From Octopus sinensis (Eukaryota): DNA of 64,000 nt. Shown here one piece after another: positions 1 to 12,539 of the stretch. The DNA lies in NCBI RefSeq assembly GCF_006345805.1, contig NC_043004.1, positions 51,708,001 to 51,772,000 on the forward strand, read 5' to 3'. Under the pieces are notes generated by a model that searched no databases, had not been told where the DNA came from, and saw only the letters and a program-made list of their open reading frames with translations. The translations under genes were made by a program, and so were the position numbers. Position 1 is the stretch's first letter, and the number at the start of each line of letters is the position of its first letter.

Positions 1-64
1 CCCTGATACCAATGGTAAAGTTCAGGACTTCGGTGATGTCATCAGTAGGGCACATCAGGCCAAG
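1..64 (+). CDS. GLDC: GLDC exon 1 of window (partial, starts upstream): PDTNGKVQDFGDVISRAHQAK
   Basis: Frame from base 2 matches the P-protein segment YPDTEGKVEDF..RAH; donor AAG|GTGAG at 65, phase 0. Confidence 0.93.
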
Positions 65-94
65 GTGAGACCCTGCTATAACAAAATAATAATA

Positions 95-2700
95 ATCCTT
101 TCTACTGGAAGCACAAAGCCTCAAATTTTGGGGAAGGGATTAAGTCAAGTACATTATCGACCCTGAGAGGATGAAAGGCAAAGTTGAGCTCAGTGGAATT
201 TCAACTCAGAACATAGTGGCAGACAAAATACCGCTAAGTATTTCACTTGGCATGGTAATGATTCTGCCAGCTCGCCGCTTTACTATACTAATAATAATAA
301 TTATAATAATAACAATAATAACAACAACGATGATGATGATGATGATAATAATGGTTTCATATTTTAACACACGACCAGTAATTTTGGGGGAGTGGGTAAG
401 TCTATTATGTCAACCCCAGTGCTCAACTAGTACTTATTTTATTGGCCCCAAAAAGATGAAAGGCAGAGTTTGAACTCAGGAGGTAGAATTGGATGAAATG
501 CTGTGAAGCATTGTGTCGAGCAGTTAACAATCCTGCCAGCTTATAATGGTTTCAAATTTTGCCACAAAGGTAGCAATTTTGCGAGAGGGGGTGAGTTGAT
601 TACATCGAACCCAGTGTTCAACAGGTACTTATTTTACTGATCCTAAAAGGATGAAAGGCAAAGTCTGCCTCAGCAAAATTTAAACTCTGAACGTAGTGAC
701 AGGCAAAATACCGCTAAGCATTTCATCCAGTGTGCTAACAATTCTTCCAGCTTGCCACCTCAATAAAAATAATAACACTAATAATAATAATAATAAAATG
801 CCCTGATGCAGTACCAGGCAGTGGCTCTCATGGCTTCTGATCTTGACTGATTGGAAGTGTTATCATGTACATTGTTTTGTCTTGGTATAAAAGATGGGCT
901 ACAGCAAATATTCTGCTCAATACCACAGATTTGCTTGTCAGTTGTTTGACCATAACCAGTTGAGCATGTCCCTTAGTGGCTGACGATATGTGCATCTCTG
1001 ATCACGAGCAGAAGTAGTGGGGGAGCATCATGGCCATGTGTTGGGGGTGGATTCTTTGGGGTTTGAATAATTCACCTCTGGAAACATGGGTGGTTCTTTC
1101 AACATCCTTAAACAACCCTTATTCAGAGACCTTTTGAGCGGGATGGGCTACTCAACCTGAAGAAAATTCTAACTGGGCCCCACCTGCAAGGTCATGTGCT
1201 GTTTATCTTGATATGAGATCACCATGTCGCGCACATATGGTTGTGATGCTTGTGCCTGGTGTACCTTTATCAGACGGGTAGTCATGATGGGTATATTGGG
1301 CTTCGTATATTTTACCCCAGTGTCACTTTGATGGCATGCACTGCTCTCTCACTCAATAATAATAATAATAATAATAATAATAATCCTAGGCATAAGGCCT
1401 GAAATTTGGTGGGAGGGGGCCAGTCGATTAGATTGACCCAAGTACGCAACTGGTACTTGATTTATCGACCCCGAAAGGATGAAAGGCAAAGTCAAGCTCA
1501 ACAGAATTTGAACTCAGAACGTAGCAGCAGACAAAATACCACGAAGCATTTCACCTTGCATGCTAACAATTCTGTCAGCTCACCGCTTAATAATAATAAG
1601 GCTTTCTACTATAGGCGCAAGGACTGAAATTTTGAGGGAGGAGGCTAGTCAATTACATCAACCCCAGTGCGTAACTGGTACTTATTTCATCGACCCTGAA
1701 AGGATGAATGACAAAGTTGACCTCGACAGAATTTGAATTCAGAATGTAAAGATGGCCGAAATGCCGCTAAACATTCTGCCAGCTGCCACCTTAATAATGA
1801 TAATAGTTCTTTCTAATTTGGGCACAAGCCAGCACATGTGAGGAGAAAAAGCAAATCAGTTATATCAACCCCAGTGCATGACTAGTACTTTATTTCATTA
1901 ACCCTGAAAAGATGAAAGATGAAGTCAACCCTAGCAAAATTTAAACTCAGAACTCGAAGAACCAAAAGAAGTGTCACTTAGCATTTTGTCCAATGCTCTA
2001 ATAATTCTCAATAATAATAATAATAATAATAATGATAATAATAATTTCTGATTCAGTCACAAAGCCAGAAATCTTGAGAGGAGAGTGTTAATTGATCACA
2101 TCAGGTTAATTGTAGTGTTGTGTTAATTACAATTCTGGTAAGCATTTTATCCAGCATGCTAATGATTTTGCCTGCTCACCACCTTAACCCTTTAGCATTT
2201 AAACCGGCCATATCTGGCCAAAAGTATTCTGCTTTTTTTATTTTCAAACTGGCCAGATCTGGTCTCTCACACCAACCCTACAATATCATCTAAAAAATAA
2301 ACAGCTACCTCATCAAAATCTCATAACTACAAGATAATGCATGATTAGTTCAAAACAATTTGGATAAAAAAGCATTAGTTTTGGCAGAATAATGTGAACA
2401 CTAAAGGGTTAATAATCTTTTCTACTTTAGGCACAAGACCCAAAATGTTTTGGGAGAGTGGGGAAGTTGATTAGATTGACCCCAGTATGAAACTGTTTAA
2501 TTTATCAATTTGAATCACCACCTTAATAATAATAATATATTTCTTTACTACCCACAAGTGGCTAAACACAGAGGGGACAAACAAGGACAGGCAAACAGAT
2601 TAAGTCGATTACATCGACCCCAGTGCGTAACTGGTACTTAATTTAATTTAAACAAAAGGATGAAAGGTAAAGTCGTTGTTTCTGCTATAGCCAGAAATTT
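95..2700 (-). mobile_element. Tandem train of about 9 SINE family B copies separated by (AAT)n
   Basis: Recurring CATCGACCCCAGT..GGTACTT..GGATGAAAGGCAAAGT..GAATTTGAACTC (B-box GAGTTCAAATTC on minus). Similar trains at 22260-22700, 32100-33870 and 35530-36380. Confidence 0.88.
2188..2408. mobile_element. TTAA-flanked MITE (piggyBac-like CCC..GGG ends)
   Basis: TTAA|CCCTTTAG..CTAAAGGG|TTAA; relatives at about 21140, 21895, 25800, 38692-39189 and 46597. Confidence 0.8.
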
Positions 2701-3199
2701 TGTGGAAGCGACTAGTCAGTTACATCGACCCCATTGTTTAGTTGCTATTTTTTTCATTGAGACCCCCCTCCCCACCAAAAAATGGAATTTGAACTCAGAA
2801 TGTAAAGCCTGATGTAGCGCCACTAAGCATTTAGTCAATTATATAACATCACCATTATTGTATAATGCATGCACAGAAGTGTTTGTTCAACTTGGTGCTG
2901 CCAGCTTAATTATGCACATCTCAAGTTAGAGAAGGGGTGTGTATTATACACAAGGTTTAACGTTTTTCAGACGTACAGCCCCCTAAGAATCCCCTGCGTA
3001 TTGTACTCAATAGCGGACTATACTCAAGGGTTTACGGTAGTTTCTAATTTAGCCACAAGGCTTGTGAGGCGGGAGAGGGAAATAGTTGATAAAACAACTG
3101 TATTTGATTGGTACTTTTATATTATCAACAGTAGAAGGATGAAAGTCAAAGTTGATCTTAGTGGAATGTGAATTGAGAATTCAAAGGTCCATTCATAAA

Positions 3200-3590
3200 A
3201 GGCACAGGAGTGGCTGTGTGGTAAGTAGCTTGTTTACCAACCACATGGTTCCGGGTTCAGTCCCACTGCGTGGCACCTTGGGCAAGTGTCTTCTACTATA
3301 GCCTCGGGCCGACCAAAGCCTTGTAAGTGGATTTGGTAGACGGAAACTGAAAGAAGCCCGTCATATATATGTATATATATATATGTGTGTTTGTGTGTCT
3401 GTGTTTGTCCCCCTAGCATTGCTTGACAACTGATGCTGGTGTGTTTATGTCCCCGTTACTTAGCGGTTCGGCAAAAGAGACCGATAGAATAAGTACTGGG
3501 CTTTCAAAAAAATAAGTCCCGGGGTCGAGTTGCTCGATTAAAGGCGGTGCTCCAGCATGGCCGCAGTCAAATGACTGAAACCAGTAAGAG
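3200..3590 (+). mobile_element. SINE family A (about 400 bp; tRNA-like head, central TA/TG microsatellite, GTAAAAGA tail)
   Basis: A-box GTGGCTGTGTGG, B-box GGTTCAGTCCC. Other + copies: 12787-13188, 39245-39577, 46755-47160, 48545-48948. Confidence 0.9.
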
Positions 3591-5509
3591 TATTTTGATC
3601 AACTTTATTAGTTTTGTTATTTATTAATTTCTTTCATTAGCCACAAGGGTTCAGGAGCAATTAATATCATCATCATTGTAATGTTCACTTTTCTATGCTT
3701 GCATGGGTCAAGCTGAATTAGATGGTGGGGGGGGGGGCAGATTTTCTACAGCTGGATGCCCTTTCTTTTGTCAATCCTCACCTGTTTCCATGCAAAGAAC
3801 TATTTCCCATGGCATGTTTTACATGGAAAACTGGAAATGGACAGCATAGCTTGTCTGACAGTGCTCGACTAAAGGTGGTGCTCCAGCATGGCCACAGTCA
3901 AATGACTGAAATAAGTAAAAGAGTATGTGCGTATGTGTTTGCATGTACTCGTCTTGACATTGCATGGTTGTAAGCAAATCGACCCCAGGACTTATTCTTT
4001 GTAAGCCTAGTACTTATTCTATCCATCTCTTTTGCTGAACCGCTAAATTACGGGGATGTAAACACATCAGCATCGGTTGTCAAGTGATGTTGGGGGGACA
4101 AACACAAACACACAAACATATACACACACATACATATACATATATATATACATACTTATATACGACAGGCTTCCTTCAGTTTCTGTCTATCAAATCTACT
4201 TAACAAGGCTTTGGTCAGCCCAAGGTTATAGATGAAAACACTTGTCCAAGGTACTCCACAGGGGGACTGAACCCAAGACTCCATAATTGCAAAGCAAGCT
4301 TCTTAATGAAACAGCCAATAAATAACATTTGAATATAGTAGAGTAGATGGTACATTTAGTAGAGTTTGTATAGAAACTACTTCACATTGATATCCTAAAA
4401 CCAAGGTGCCATGTAAAAATCATTGTTGTGAGGGCTGGTGCTGGTGCTATGTAAAAAGCACTGGTGCTGGTGCCACATAAAAAACACTCAGTACACTCTG
4501 TGAAGTGGTTGGCATTTGGATGGGCATCCAGCTGTAGAAACCAAGGCAAAACAGACTATGGAACCTAGCATGGCCCCTGGCCTTGCCAATTCCTGTCAAA
4601 CTGTCCAACTCATACCAGCACGGAAAATGGATATTAAATGTTGTTGATGATGATGATGATGATGATTTTACAATATCTAGAAACGTCTCATTGCATTTGA
4701 AGTTCAATCACACTGGGGGCTTCAACATCATCAGCATTTTAATGATGCATGGGTTGCATGGAATTCAATGAGGCAGATTTTCTACAGCCTGATGCTCTTC
4801 CATTGGCCAACCCTCACTTGTTTCCAAAAAAAATAATATTCTTTTCTACTCTAGGCACAAGGCCCAAAATTTTGGGGGAGGCTAGGGCAGTCGATTAAAT
4901 CGACCCCAGTACACAACTGGTACTTCATTTAATGACCCCCGAAAGGACAAAAAGCAAAGTTGACCTTGGTTGAATTTGGACTCGGAATGTAAAGACAGAC
5001 AAAATACCACTAAGTATCTTACCACTTAGACCCAGCATACTAATGTTTCTTATTTCTTTATTGCCCACAAGGGGCTAAACATAGAAGGGACAAACAAGGA
5101 CAGACAAAGGGATTAAGTCGATTACATCGACCCCAGTGCATAACTGGTACTGAATTTATGGACCCTGAAAGGATGAATGGCAAAGTAGTCCTCGGTGGAA
5201 TTTGAACTCAGAATGTAACAGCAAACAAAATACCTATTTCTTTATTACCCACAAGGGGCTAAACACAGAGGAGACAAACAAGGACAGACATAGGTATTAA
5301 GCATAGGTATAACAGCAAACGAAATACCACTAAGCATTTCGCCCAGTGTGCTAATGTTTCTGCCAGCTCACTGCCTTTCCAAGAAAAATAATATTAACAC
5401 ATTCCTGCACATGTTCTCACAGGGAAGTGAATAACACTGCTTGTATGACGGTGACACTCCTTTACAGCTACCAAAAGAGACACAAACACACATGCACACA
5501 CACACATCA

Positions 5510-5945
5510 TCATCATCATCGTTTAACATCCGTTTTTCGTGCTAGCACGGGTTGGACGGTTCGACCGGGGTCTGGGAAGCCAGGGGCTGCACCAGGCCCC
5601 AGTCTGATCTGGCAGTGTTTCTACAGCTGGATGCCCTTCCTAACGCCAACCACTCCACGAGTGTAGTGGGTGCTTTTTACGTGCCACCGGCACAGGTGCC
5701 ATGGTGGTCTGGCATCGGCCACGATCGGTTGGTGCTTTTAACATGCCACCGGCACAGAAGCCAGCCAAGGCAGTGCTGGCGTCGGCCACGTTCAGATGGT
5801 GCTTTTTATGTGCCACCAGCACAGAAGCTAGTTGAGGTGGCGCTGGCATCGGCCATGTTCGGATGGTGCTTTTTATGTGCCACCGGCACAGAAGCCAGTC
5901 GAGGCAGCGCTGGCGTCGGCCACGTTCGGGTGGTGCTTTTTATGT
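5510..5945 (-). mobile_element. 3' tail of the RTE/RTEX-like LINE with five units of about 60 bp
   Basis: Same sequence as 10302-10700. Other tail-only copies: 4430-4667, 15652-15827, 21400-21603, 30345-30672, 38845-39140, 49250-49460. Confidence 0.85.
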
Positions 5946-6278
5946 CTGCCTATAAGTGGTTATATATGGTTGCGCCTCCTGCATATGTGTGTGTGTGTGT
6001 TTACATATACAATGGGCTTCTTTTGGGGTCCATCAACCAAATTCAAATCCACTCACAAGGCTTTTGTCAGACAGGGGCTTTAGAAGAAGACAATTACCCA
6101 AGGTCCAATGCAGTGAGACTGAACTTGGAACCATGGGGTTGAGAAGCCAACTTCTGAATTACACGGCCATATCTGCACCTGGTAAAATAGATTACTAATG
6201 GTTTACTGGAATCAATCCCCAGCCCCTGCCATATAACACACCCACTCACTCTGTTCTCCATTTCTTTGTTTATTGCAG

Positions 6279-6475
6279 ACCCTTGTTACCCTTGCTACTG
6301 ATCTGTTAGCGCTGACCCTGTTAAAGTCCCCAGGAGAACTTGGTGCCGACATTGCAGTTGGTTCAAGTCAGCGTTTTGGTGTTCCCCTTGGATATGGTGG
6401 GCCACATGCTGCTTTCATGTCCACCAAGAACACATTCCGTCGGAGCATTCCTGGACGTCTTGTAGGAGTGACCAG
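6279..6475 (+). CDS. GLDC: GLDC exon 2: [40 protein letters not shown]
   Basis: Diagnostic [16 protein letters not shown] motif; TTGCAG acceptor, AG|GTAAAT donor; 197 nt, ends phase 2. Confidence 0.98.
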
Positions 6476-6810
6476 GTAAATATGACAGTTTCTACCAATT
6501 ACCACCATTGCCACCCTCCACTTTCACAGCCACTACCATCATCACCACCGCCACCACCATCGTCATCACTACTATCACCACCACCATCACTACCATTATC
6601 CCCATCATCATCATCATATAATTGCTGTATTTACATGCACAGTTACCTTGCTACATCAACATAACATGTTGTCTTGTTGATGTAATACAACATATCAGGA
6701 GACAAGAAAGAAGCTTTTAATTGGTCAATTGACCTGCTGTAAAAAGCAGCCAAATACTGCCCCACTCCAAGTCAGACATTCTTGAAAAAAGAAGGACACA
6801 TTGGAGAATA

Positions 6811-7221
6811 AATGTAAAGAGCGCATCTCATACACCAGCATGGAAGCACTCCGTCGTTTACGACGACGAGGGTTCCGGTTGATCCGATCAACGGAACAGC
6901 CTGCTCGTGAAATTAATGTGTAAGTGGCTGAGCACTCCACAGACACGTGTACCCTTAACGCAGTTCTCGGGGATATTCAGCGTGACACAGAGAGTGACAA
7001 GGCCGGCCCTTTGAAATACAGGTACAACAGAAACAGGAAGTAAGAGTGAGAGAAAGTTGTGGTGAAAGAGTACAGCAGGGATCGCCACCATCCTTGCCGG
7101 AGCCTCGTGGAGCTTTAGGTGTTTTCGCTCAATAAACACTCACAACGCCCAGTCTGGGAATCGAAACCGCGATCCTACGACCACGAGTCTGCTGCCCTAA
7201 CGACTGGGCCATTGCACCTCT
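6811..7221 (-). mobile_element. SINE family D copy
   Basis: Reverse complement of 47904-48288; 13-bp TSD ACATTGGAGAATA at 6798-810 and 7222-34. Confidence 0.9.
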
Positions 7222-7599
7222 ACATTGGAGAATATAGTCCAGGATACACCATACTCTAATGGGATAAAGGCAAGGTAATGTTTTCCCATGGCCAGATGTG
7301 TTTTTTTTTTGTGGAAAACAGGAAATGAATAATACTGCTTGTATGAAGGTGAGACTCATTTACAACCATCATGTGATGTCAAGACAGTGGGACTGAACCT
7401 GAGGCCACATGGCTGGGAAGCAAGCTTCTTAACCACACAGCCACACATTCTTGTGTCTGTCATTGAAACAAGTATTCAGTTATAACAACAGAGAAACATG
7501 CCACAATAATAGCAACAACAACAACACATACAACATATATATTGCTTTGAATAATTATTTTTATTGTTTTTTTTTCCTTATTGTATGTTGACTGTATGA

Positions 7600-7710
<111 letters not shown>

Positions 7711-7962
7711 TGAAGACTTTTGAACATCAGTGATCATTATTAAGTGATTGTTAGTGTTGCTATTGTGTTGTCATTATTCTTCCTTTTCTTACCATGTTCA
7801 AAGCACCCAGCACACACTGTAAAGTGGTTGGCTTTAGGAAGGGCATCCGACCATAGAAACCAAGCTAAATGACACTGGAATATAGTGCAGCTGTCTGACT
7901 TGCCAGCTTTGGTCAAACTGTCCAACCCATGAACCCACATCACCATGGGAAACAGATGTTAA

Positions 7963-8413
7963 CCCCTTGCAGACAGGAAGCGGTACTATCCGCATCAAAA
8001 CATTGTGTGCGTGCATTGTGCGATGTCTCGCTCTGTGTGGCACTGCGTTTTCGGGTATACCACACTGAGAAAAGTCTGTAAATACACTGTAAATACACTG
8101 TAAAATTCCATTTATGAAAAATAATGTTGTTACTGAATGGCCTAATACCTATTTCTTTATTACCCACAAGGGGCTAAACGCAGAGGGAACAAAGAAGGAC
8201 AGACATAGGTATTAAGTCGATTACATCGACCCCAGTGCGTAACTGGTACTTAATTTATCAACCCCGAAAGGATGAAAGGCAAAGTCGACCTCGGCGGAAT
8301 TTGAACTCAGAACGTAACGGCAGACGAAATACCGCGAAGCATTTCGCCCGGCGTGCTAACGTTTCTGCCAGTACACAACACAGACTGTCAGTGATAAATC
8401 CGTCTGCAAGGGG
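7963..8413. mobile_element. TTAA-flanked MITE with nested SINE (8150-8370)
   Basis: TTAA|CCCCTTGCAGAC..GTCTGCAAGGGG|TTAA. Confidence 0.85.
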
Positions 8414-8762
8414 TTAAAGGAGGAAGAGGAGGTTGTCATCGTCATCAGCTAGATAACAAATTCCTACCGAGTGACTAGTAACTTAGGTCAGGCATTGTTT
8501 CTTCTTGTTCTTCTGGATTATTTTTCTTGGTTCAAGTAACAGAGAGAAGAAAAAAAAAAACGTTTTCAGAATATAGATTACAAGAAAGCGATCTTATGTA
8601 GACCACATGAACTGTATTTCTATTTGCTAAATTTTCTTGGTATTTTTTTCAAGAAAGCCTCTGACTGTTTCCTTTTAGGCCCTTGGTGTTCCTGTCACAA
8701 CTGATATTGTTTCTGTCTTTGGAAGTTTTTCATATTCCTAGGCAGGTACATTATTATTATTA

Positions 8763-9274
8763 CTGTAAATCCTCGAGTATAGTCTGCTCTTGCGTATAAT
8801 ACGCAAGGGATTTTTAGGGGGCTGTACCTCTGAAAAACCTAAACCTTGTGTATAATACTCACCCCTTCTCTAACTTGAGTCAAGGAGGTCTATATAACGT
8901 CCTTGGTTTGTAAAAATGTATACGGTAACGTCCTTTATTATTATTGTATATATAACATAATGCAAACGTGTAGCTTTTTTGTGCATTTTGTTTGCAGAAA
9001 ATAAAGAAATAACAGTAATAATGTTTAATAAATGTTGCTTACTGCAAGTTATGGATGATTCTTTTATGACTTCATTGCTTTCAGGCTTAGCTTAAGGTAT
9101 TTTCATGCCCGACATCACAAAATGCGTCTGAATAAACATAGCCAGACAGCAAATAGAGACTTGGACATTACTTAGAAAATATTTTTCATTTTTAACCTCG
9201 TGTATAATACGCACTAGGGATTTTGACCTTTAAATTTTGAGAAAAAAATATGGATTATACTCGAGGATTTACGG
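8763..9274. mobile_element. Tc1/mariner-superfamily MITE
   Basis: TIR C(T/C)GTAAATCCTCGAGTATA on both ends, TA duplication; a partial inverted copy sits at about 2920-3039. Confidence 0.88.
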
Positions 9275-10189
9275 TATACAAAAGCTGGCGTATGCTCAAT
9301 TAATCAGGAGGGATGGTATTCTGTGGTTTGGTATCAACACGTCCCCTCAAGTGTCTTAGGAATGTTGCAGGATACAGGATGGTTGTTTCCTGCATGATGA
9401 CAACGCGTGTCTCAATTGCAGTATCCTGCTCTTATCAGGAACCATAGTGTGTCAGACAAAATGTTTAGTGGCATTTCTGCCAACTGTTTATGTTCTGAGT
9501 TCAATTCTTGTTGATGTCAACTTTGCCTTTCGTCATTTTGTGGTCAGTAAAATAAAGTACCAGCCAAACAATGGGAGCAATGTAGTCATGTAACCTCCCT
9601 CACCTCAGAATTGCTGGCCTTGTGCCGAAATTCAAAACGTTGTTGTTGTTGCTGCTGCTGCTGTAGTTAGTTATGCCCCTTTATGTTCTGAGTTCAAACC
9701 TTGTTAGGGTGAACTTTGGCTTTAATCTTTCCAGGGATGAAAAATAAGCACAAGTCATGAGCTCTGTGATTCTCCCAAGAAATTGTAGCCTGCTGGTGTT
9801 AACTCTTCTTTTCATAATTCTGGAAACTGTGCTGTGCTGTGTCTGTATGTTTTTGTGTGTCTGTATGAACGTAATGTTTACATTCTGTGCTTTGCTTTAA
9901 CAATTACTGAGTTATTGCTGGTGATGTTTGTTGACATTTCCCCCATTAACAACTGTCTGGTAGCTCGTCATTTTCAAAGATGAAAGGAATGATAACTCCC
10001 TTCCCTTGGAAAGAAAGTAAAAGTTAACATCTGGTTGTAAAACAATCCCTGAGTATGTATTTGTCTAACTCATGCTAGCATGAGAAAACAGGTTTGAAAA
10101 AGACAAATGAGTGAATGTGTGTGTGTATTTTGTGTAGTCTCAAAATTTCTATTAGACTGTGCTTTTTTCTGACTCATGAAAAACTTACC

Positions 10190-10234
<45 letters not shown>

Positions 10235-10301
10235 CGCACGCACACACACATATATATATATTTAAAAATTTAATTGAAAATTTTAATAATTTAAAATTTT
10301 A

Positions 10302-11938
10302 TCATCATTTAACGTCCGCTTTCCATGCTAGCATTTGACTGAGGTCTGGTGAACCAGACTCCAATCTGATCTGGCAGAGTTTCTACAGCTGGATGCCCTT
10401 CCTAATGCCAACCACTCCGAGAGTGTAGTGGGTGCTTTTACGTGACACCGGCACGAGGGCCAGTTTGGTGGTACTGGCAACGGCCATGTCCAAATGGTGC
10501 TTTTTACATGCCACCTGCACAGGAGCCAGTCCAGCGGCACTGGCGACATCCTCGCTCGAATGTTTCACGTGCCACCAGCACAAGTGCTAGTAAGGCAACG
10601 CGGTAACGATCACACTTGAATGATGTGCTTAACGTGCCATCGGCACGGAGTCCAGCTTGTTGCTCTGGCAACGATCTCACTCGTATGGTACTCTTAGCAC
10701 TCCACTAGCAACAGATGCCAGTCACCGAATTTGATTTTGACTTCGATTTCACTTGCCTTAACTGGTCTTCACAAGCAGAGTTTAGTGTCCAATGAAGAAA
10801 AGGCACGCATAATTGGACTGGTTACACCCCTAGCATAGGCCACAAGGTTATGGTCACACTTGCGCTTGGCGAGTCTTCTGCAGCACAGCTTATTTCCAGA
10901 GGTCCTGGTCACTAGTCATTGCCTCGGTGAGGCCCAATGTTTGCAGGTCATGCTTCACCACCTCATCCCAGGTCTTCCTGGGTTTACCTCTTCCACAGGT
11001 TCCCTCAACTGCAAGGGTGTGGCACTTTTTCACACAGCTATCCACATCCATTCTCGCCACATGACCATACCAGCGCAGTCGTCTCTCTTGCACACCACAT
11101 CTGATGCTTCTTAGGTCCAGCCTTTCTCTCAGGGTACTAACACTCAGTTGATTATGTACACTGGCATTACACATCTATCAGAGCATGCTGGCTTCATTCC
11201 TTGCAAGCTTACGCATGTCCTCAGCAGTCACAGCCCATGTTTCACTGCCATGTAGCATGGCTGTTCGTACACATGCGTCGTACAGTCTACCTTTTATTCT
11301 GAGCAAGAGGCCCTTTGTCACCAGCAGAGGTAAGAGCTCTCTGAACTTAGCCCAGGCTATTCTTATTCTAGCAGCAACACTTTCAGTGCACCCTCCTCCG
11401 CTACTGATTTGGTCACCTAAGTAACAGAAGCTATCAACTACTTCTAGTTTTTCTCCCTGGAATGTGGCGGAAGTTGTTCTCTGCACATTTTCAGTGTTAT
11501 ATATAGCTCCCGAGCATCTGCCACATATGAAAGCTATCTTCCTAGTTAGCCTTCCTTTGATATTGCTGCACCTCTTATGTGTCCATAGCTTACACTGGGT
11601 ACATCTTATAGAGTTTCTACCTACACCTTTTCTACAGATCGAGCAGGACCATCTACCTGAAGGGATTTGTGGTTTGCCTGCCTTCCTACATATTAGGACT
11701 TTGGTTTAAGCTAGGTTGACTCTAAGGCCCTTCGATTTTAATCCTTCTTTCCACACTTGAAACTTCTCTAGTTCTGTTAGTGACTCAGCAATTAGAGCAA
11801 GGTCATCAGCGTAGAGGAGCTCCCAGGGGCATCCTGTCTTGAATTCCTCCGTTATTGCCTGGAGGACTATGATAAATAGGAGGGGGCTGAGGACTGAACC
11901 TTGGTGGACCCCTACCTCTACCAGAATTCTTCACTGTA
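10302..11938 (-). mobile_element. 5'-truncated RTE/RTEX-like LINE (RT C-terminal half with PHD-like insert, 3'UTR tandem repeats, (ATG)n tail)
   Basis: GVHQGSVLSPLLF..LLYADDL..YLG..HGSETW..RRLRWYGHVARM..GRGKPRKTW; one in-frame stop at 11706-08 and a frameshift near 11175. Confidence 0.93.
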
Positions 11939-12321
11939 TATATTTTATATATATTATATATTATATTAATTATATTTATTTTTTTGTTTTTTATGTTTTA
12001 GTTTATGTCTATCACTGTTTGAGTTGCCTAATAGTGGTTTTATCTCTAATTTAATTTATATATATATATATATATATACATTCCCTTCTGGTCATTCAAT
12101 ATGTGACCGCGTGTGTATCATTAGCAATTTTTTTCCCTCTGTCTTCCCTTCCTTGGATCTTTCCTTTTCCTATGTTTCTGACAAAGAGCTCCACTCAAAA
12201 CGTTAAATCCTCCTTCTTTCTTTCCTTTCCTGATCGTCCAATAACACTATACTTGTTCCATGTCCTCGCGTTGTGTTTTCATGTTTGGATTAACCTTATA
12301 TATGTATATATATATATATAT

Positions 12322-12370
<49 letters not shown>

Positions 12371-12433
12371 ATGATAATGATTTTGTTTTTCTCATATCTG
12401 ATACTATCTACCTACCCTTGTTTCCCTCGCCAG

Positions 12434-12539
12434 GCACTCTTGGCTAATATTGCTGCCATGTATGCAGTTTACCATGGACCAGAAGGACTTAAAGCTATTG
12501 GTAACAAAGTACATTACGGAACTCTTCTCTTAAAAGAAG
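12434..12539 (+). CDS. GLDC: GLDC exon 4: [36 protein letters not shown]
   Basis: ALLAN.AAM.A.YHG..GL motif; CAG acceptor, AAG|GTAAGT donor; 106 nt. Confidence 0.97.

Noticed and set aside
3234-3419. Recurrent short ORFs such as MLGGQTQTHKH..CPRCHAVGLNPEPCGW, MVVIPAVLFHH.. and MDGSTGV.. appearing many times
   Set aside because: They are incidental frames in SINE A, SINE D and the RTE tail, not a gene family.
5670-5945. Regularly spaced repeats resembling a CRISPR array
   Set aside because: The spacers are homologous to one another, the array is part of a LINE 3'UTR, and the DNA is eukaryotic with no cas genes.
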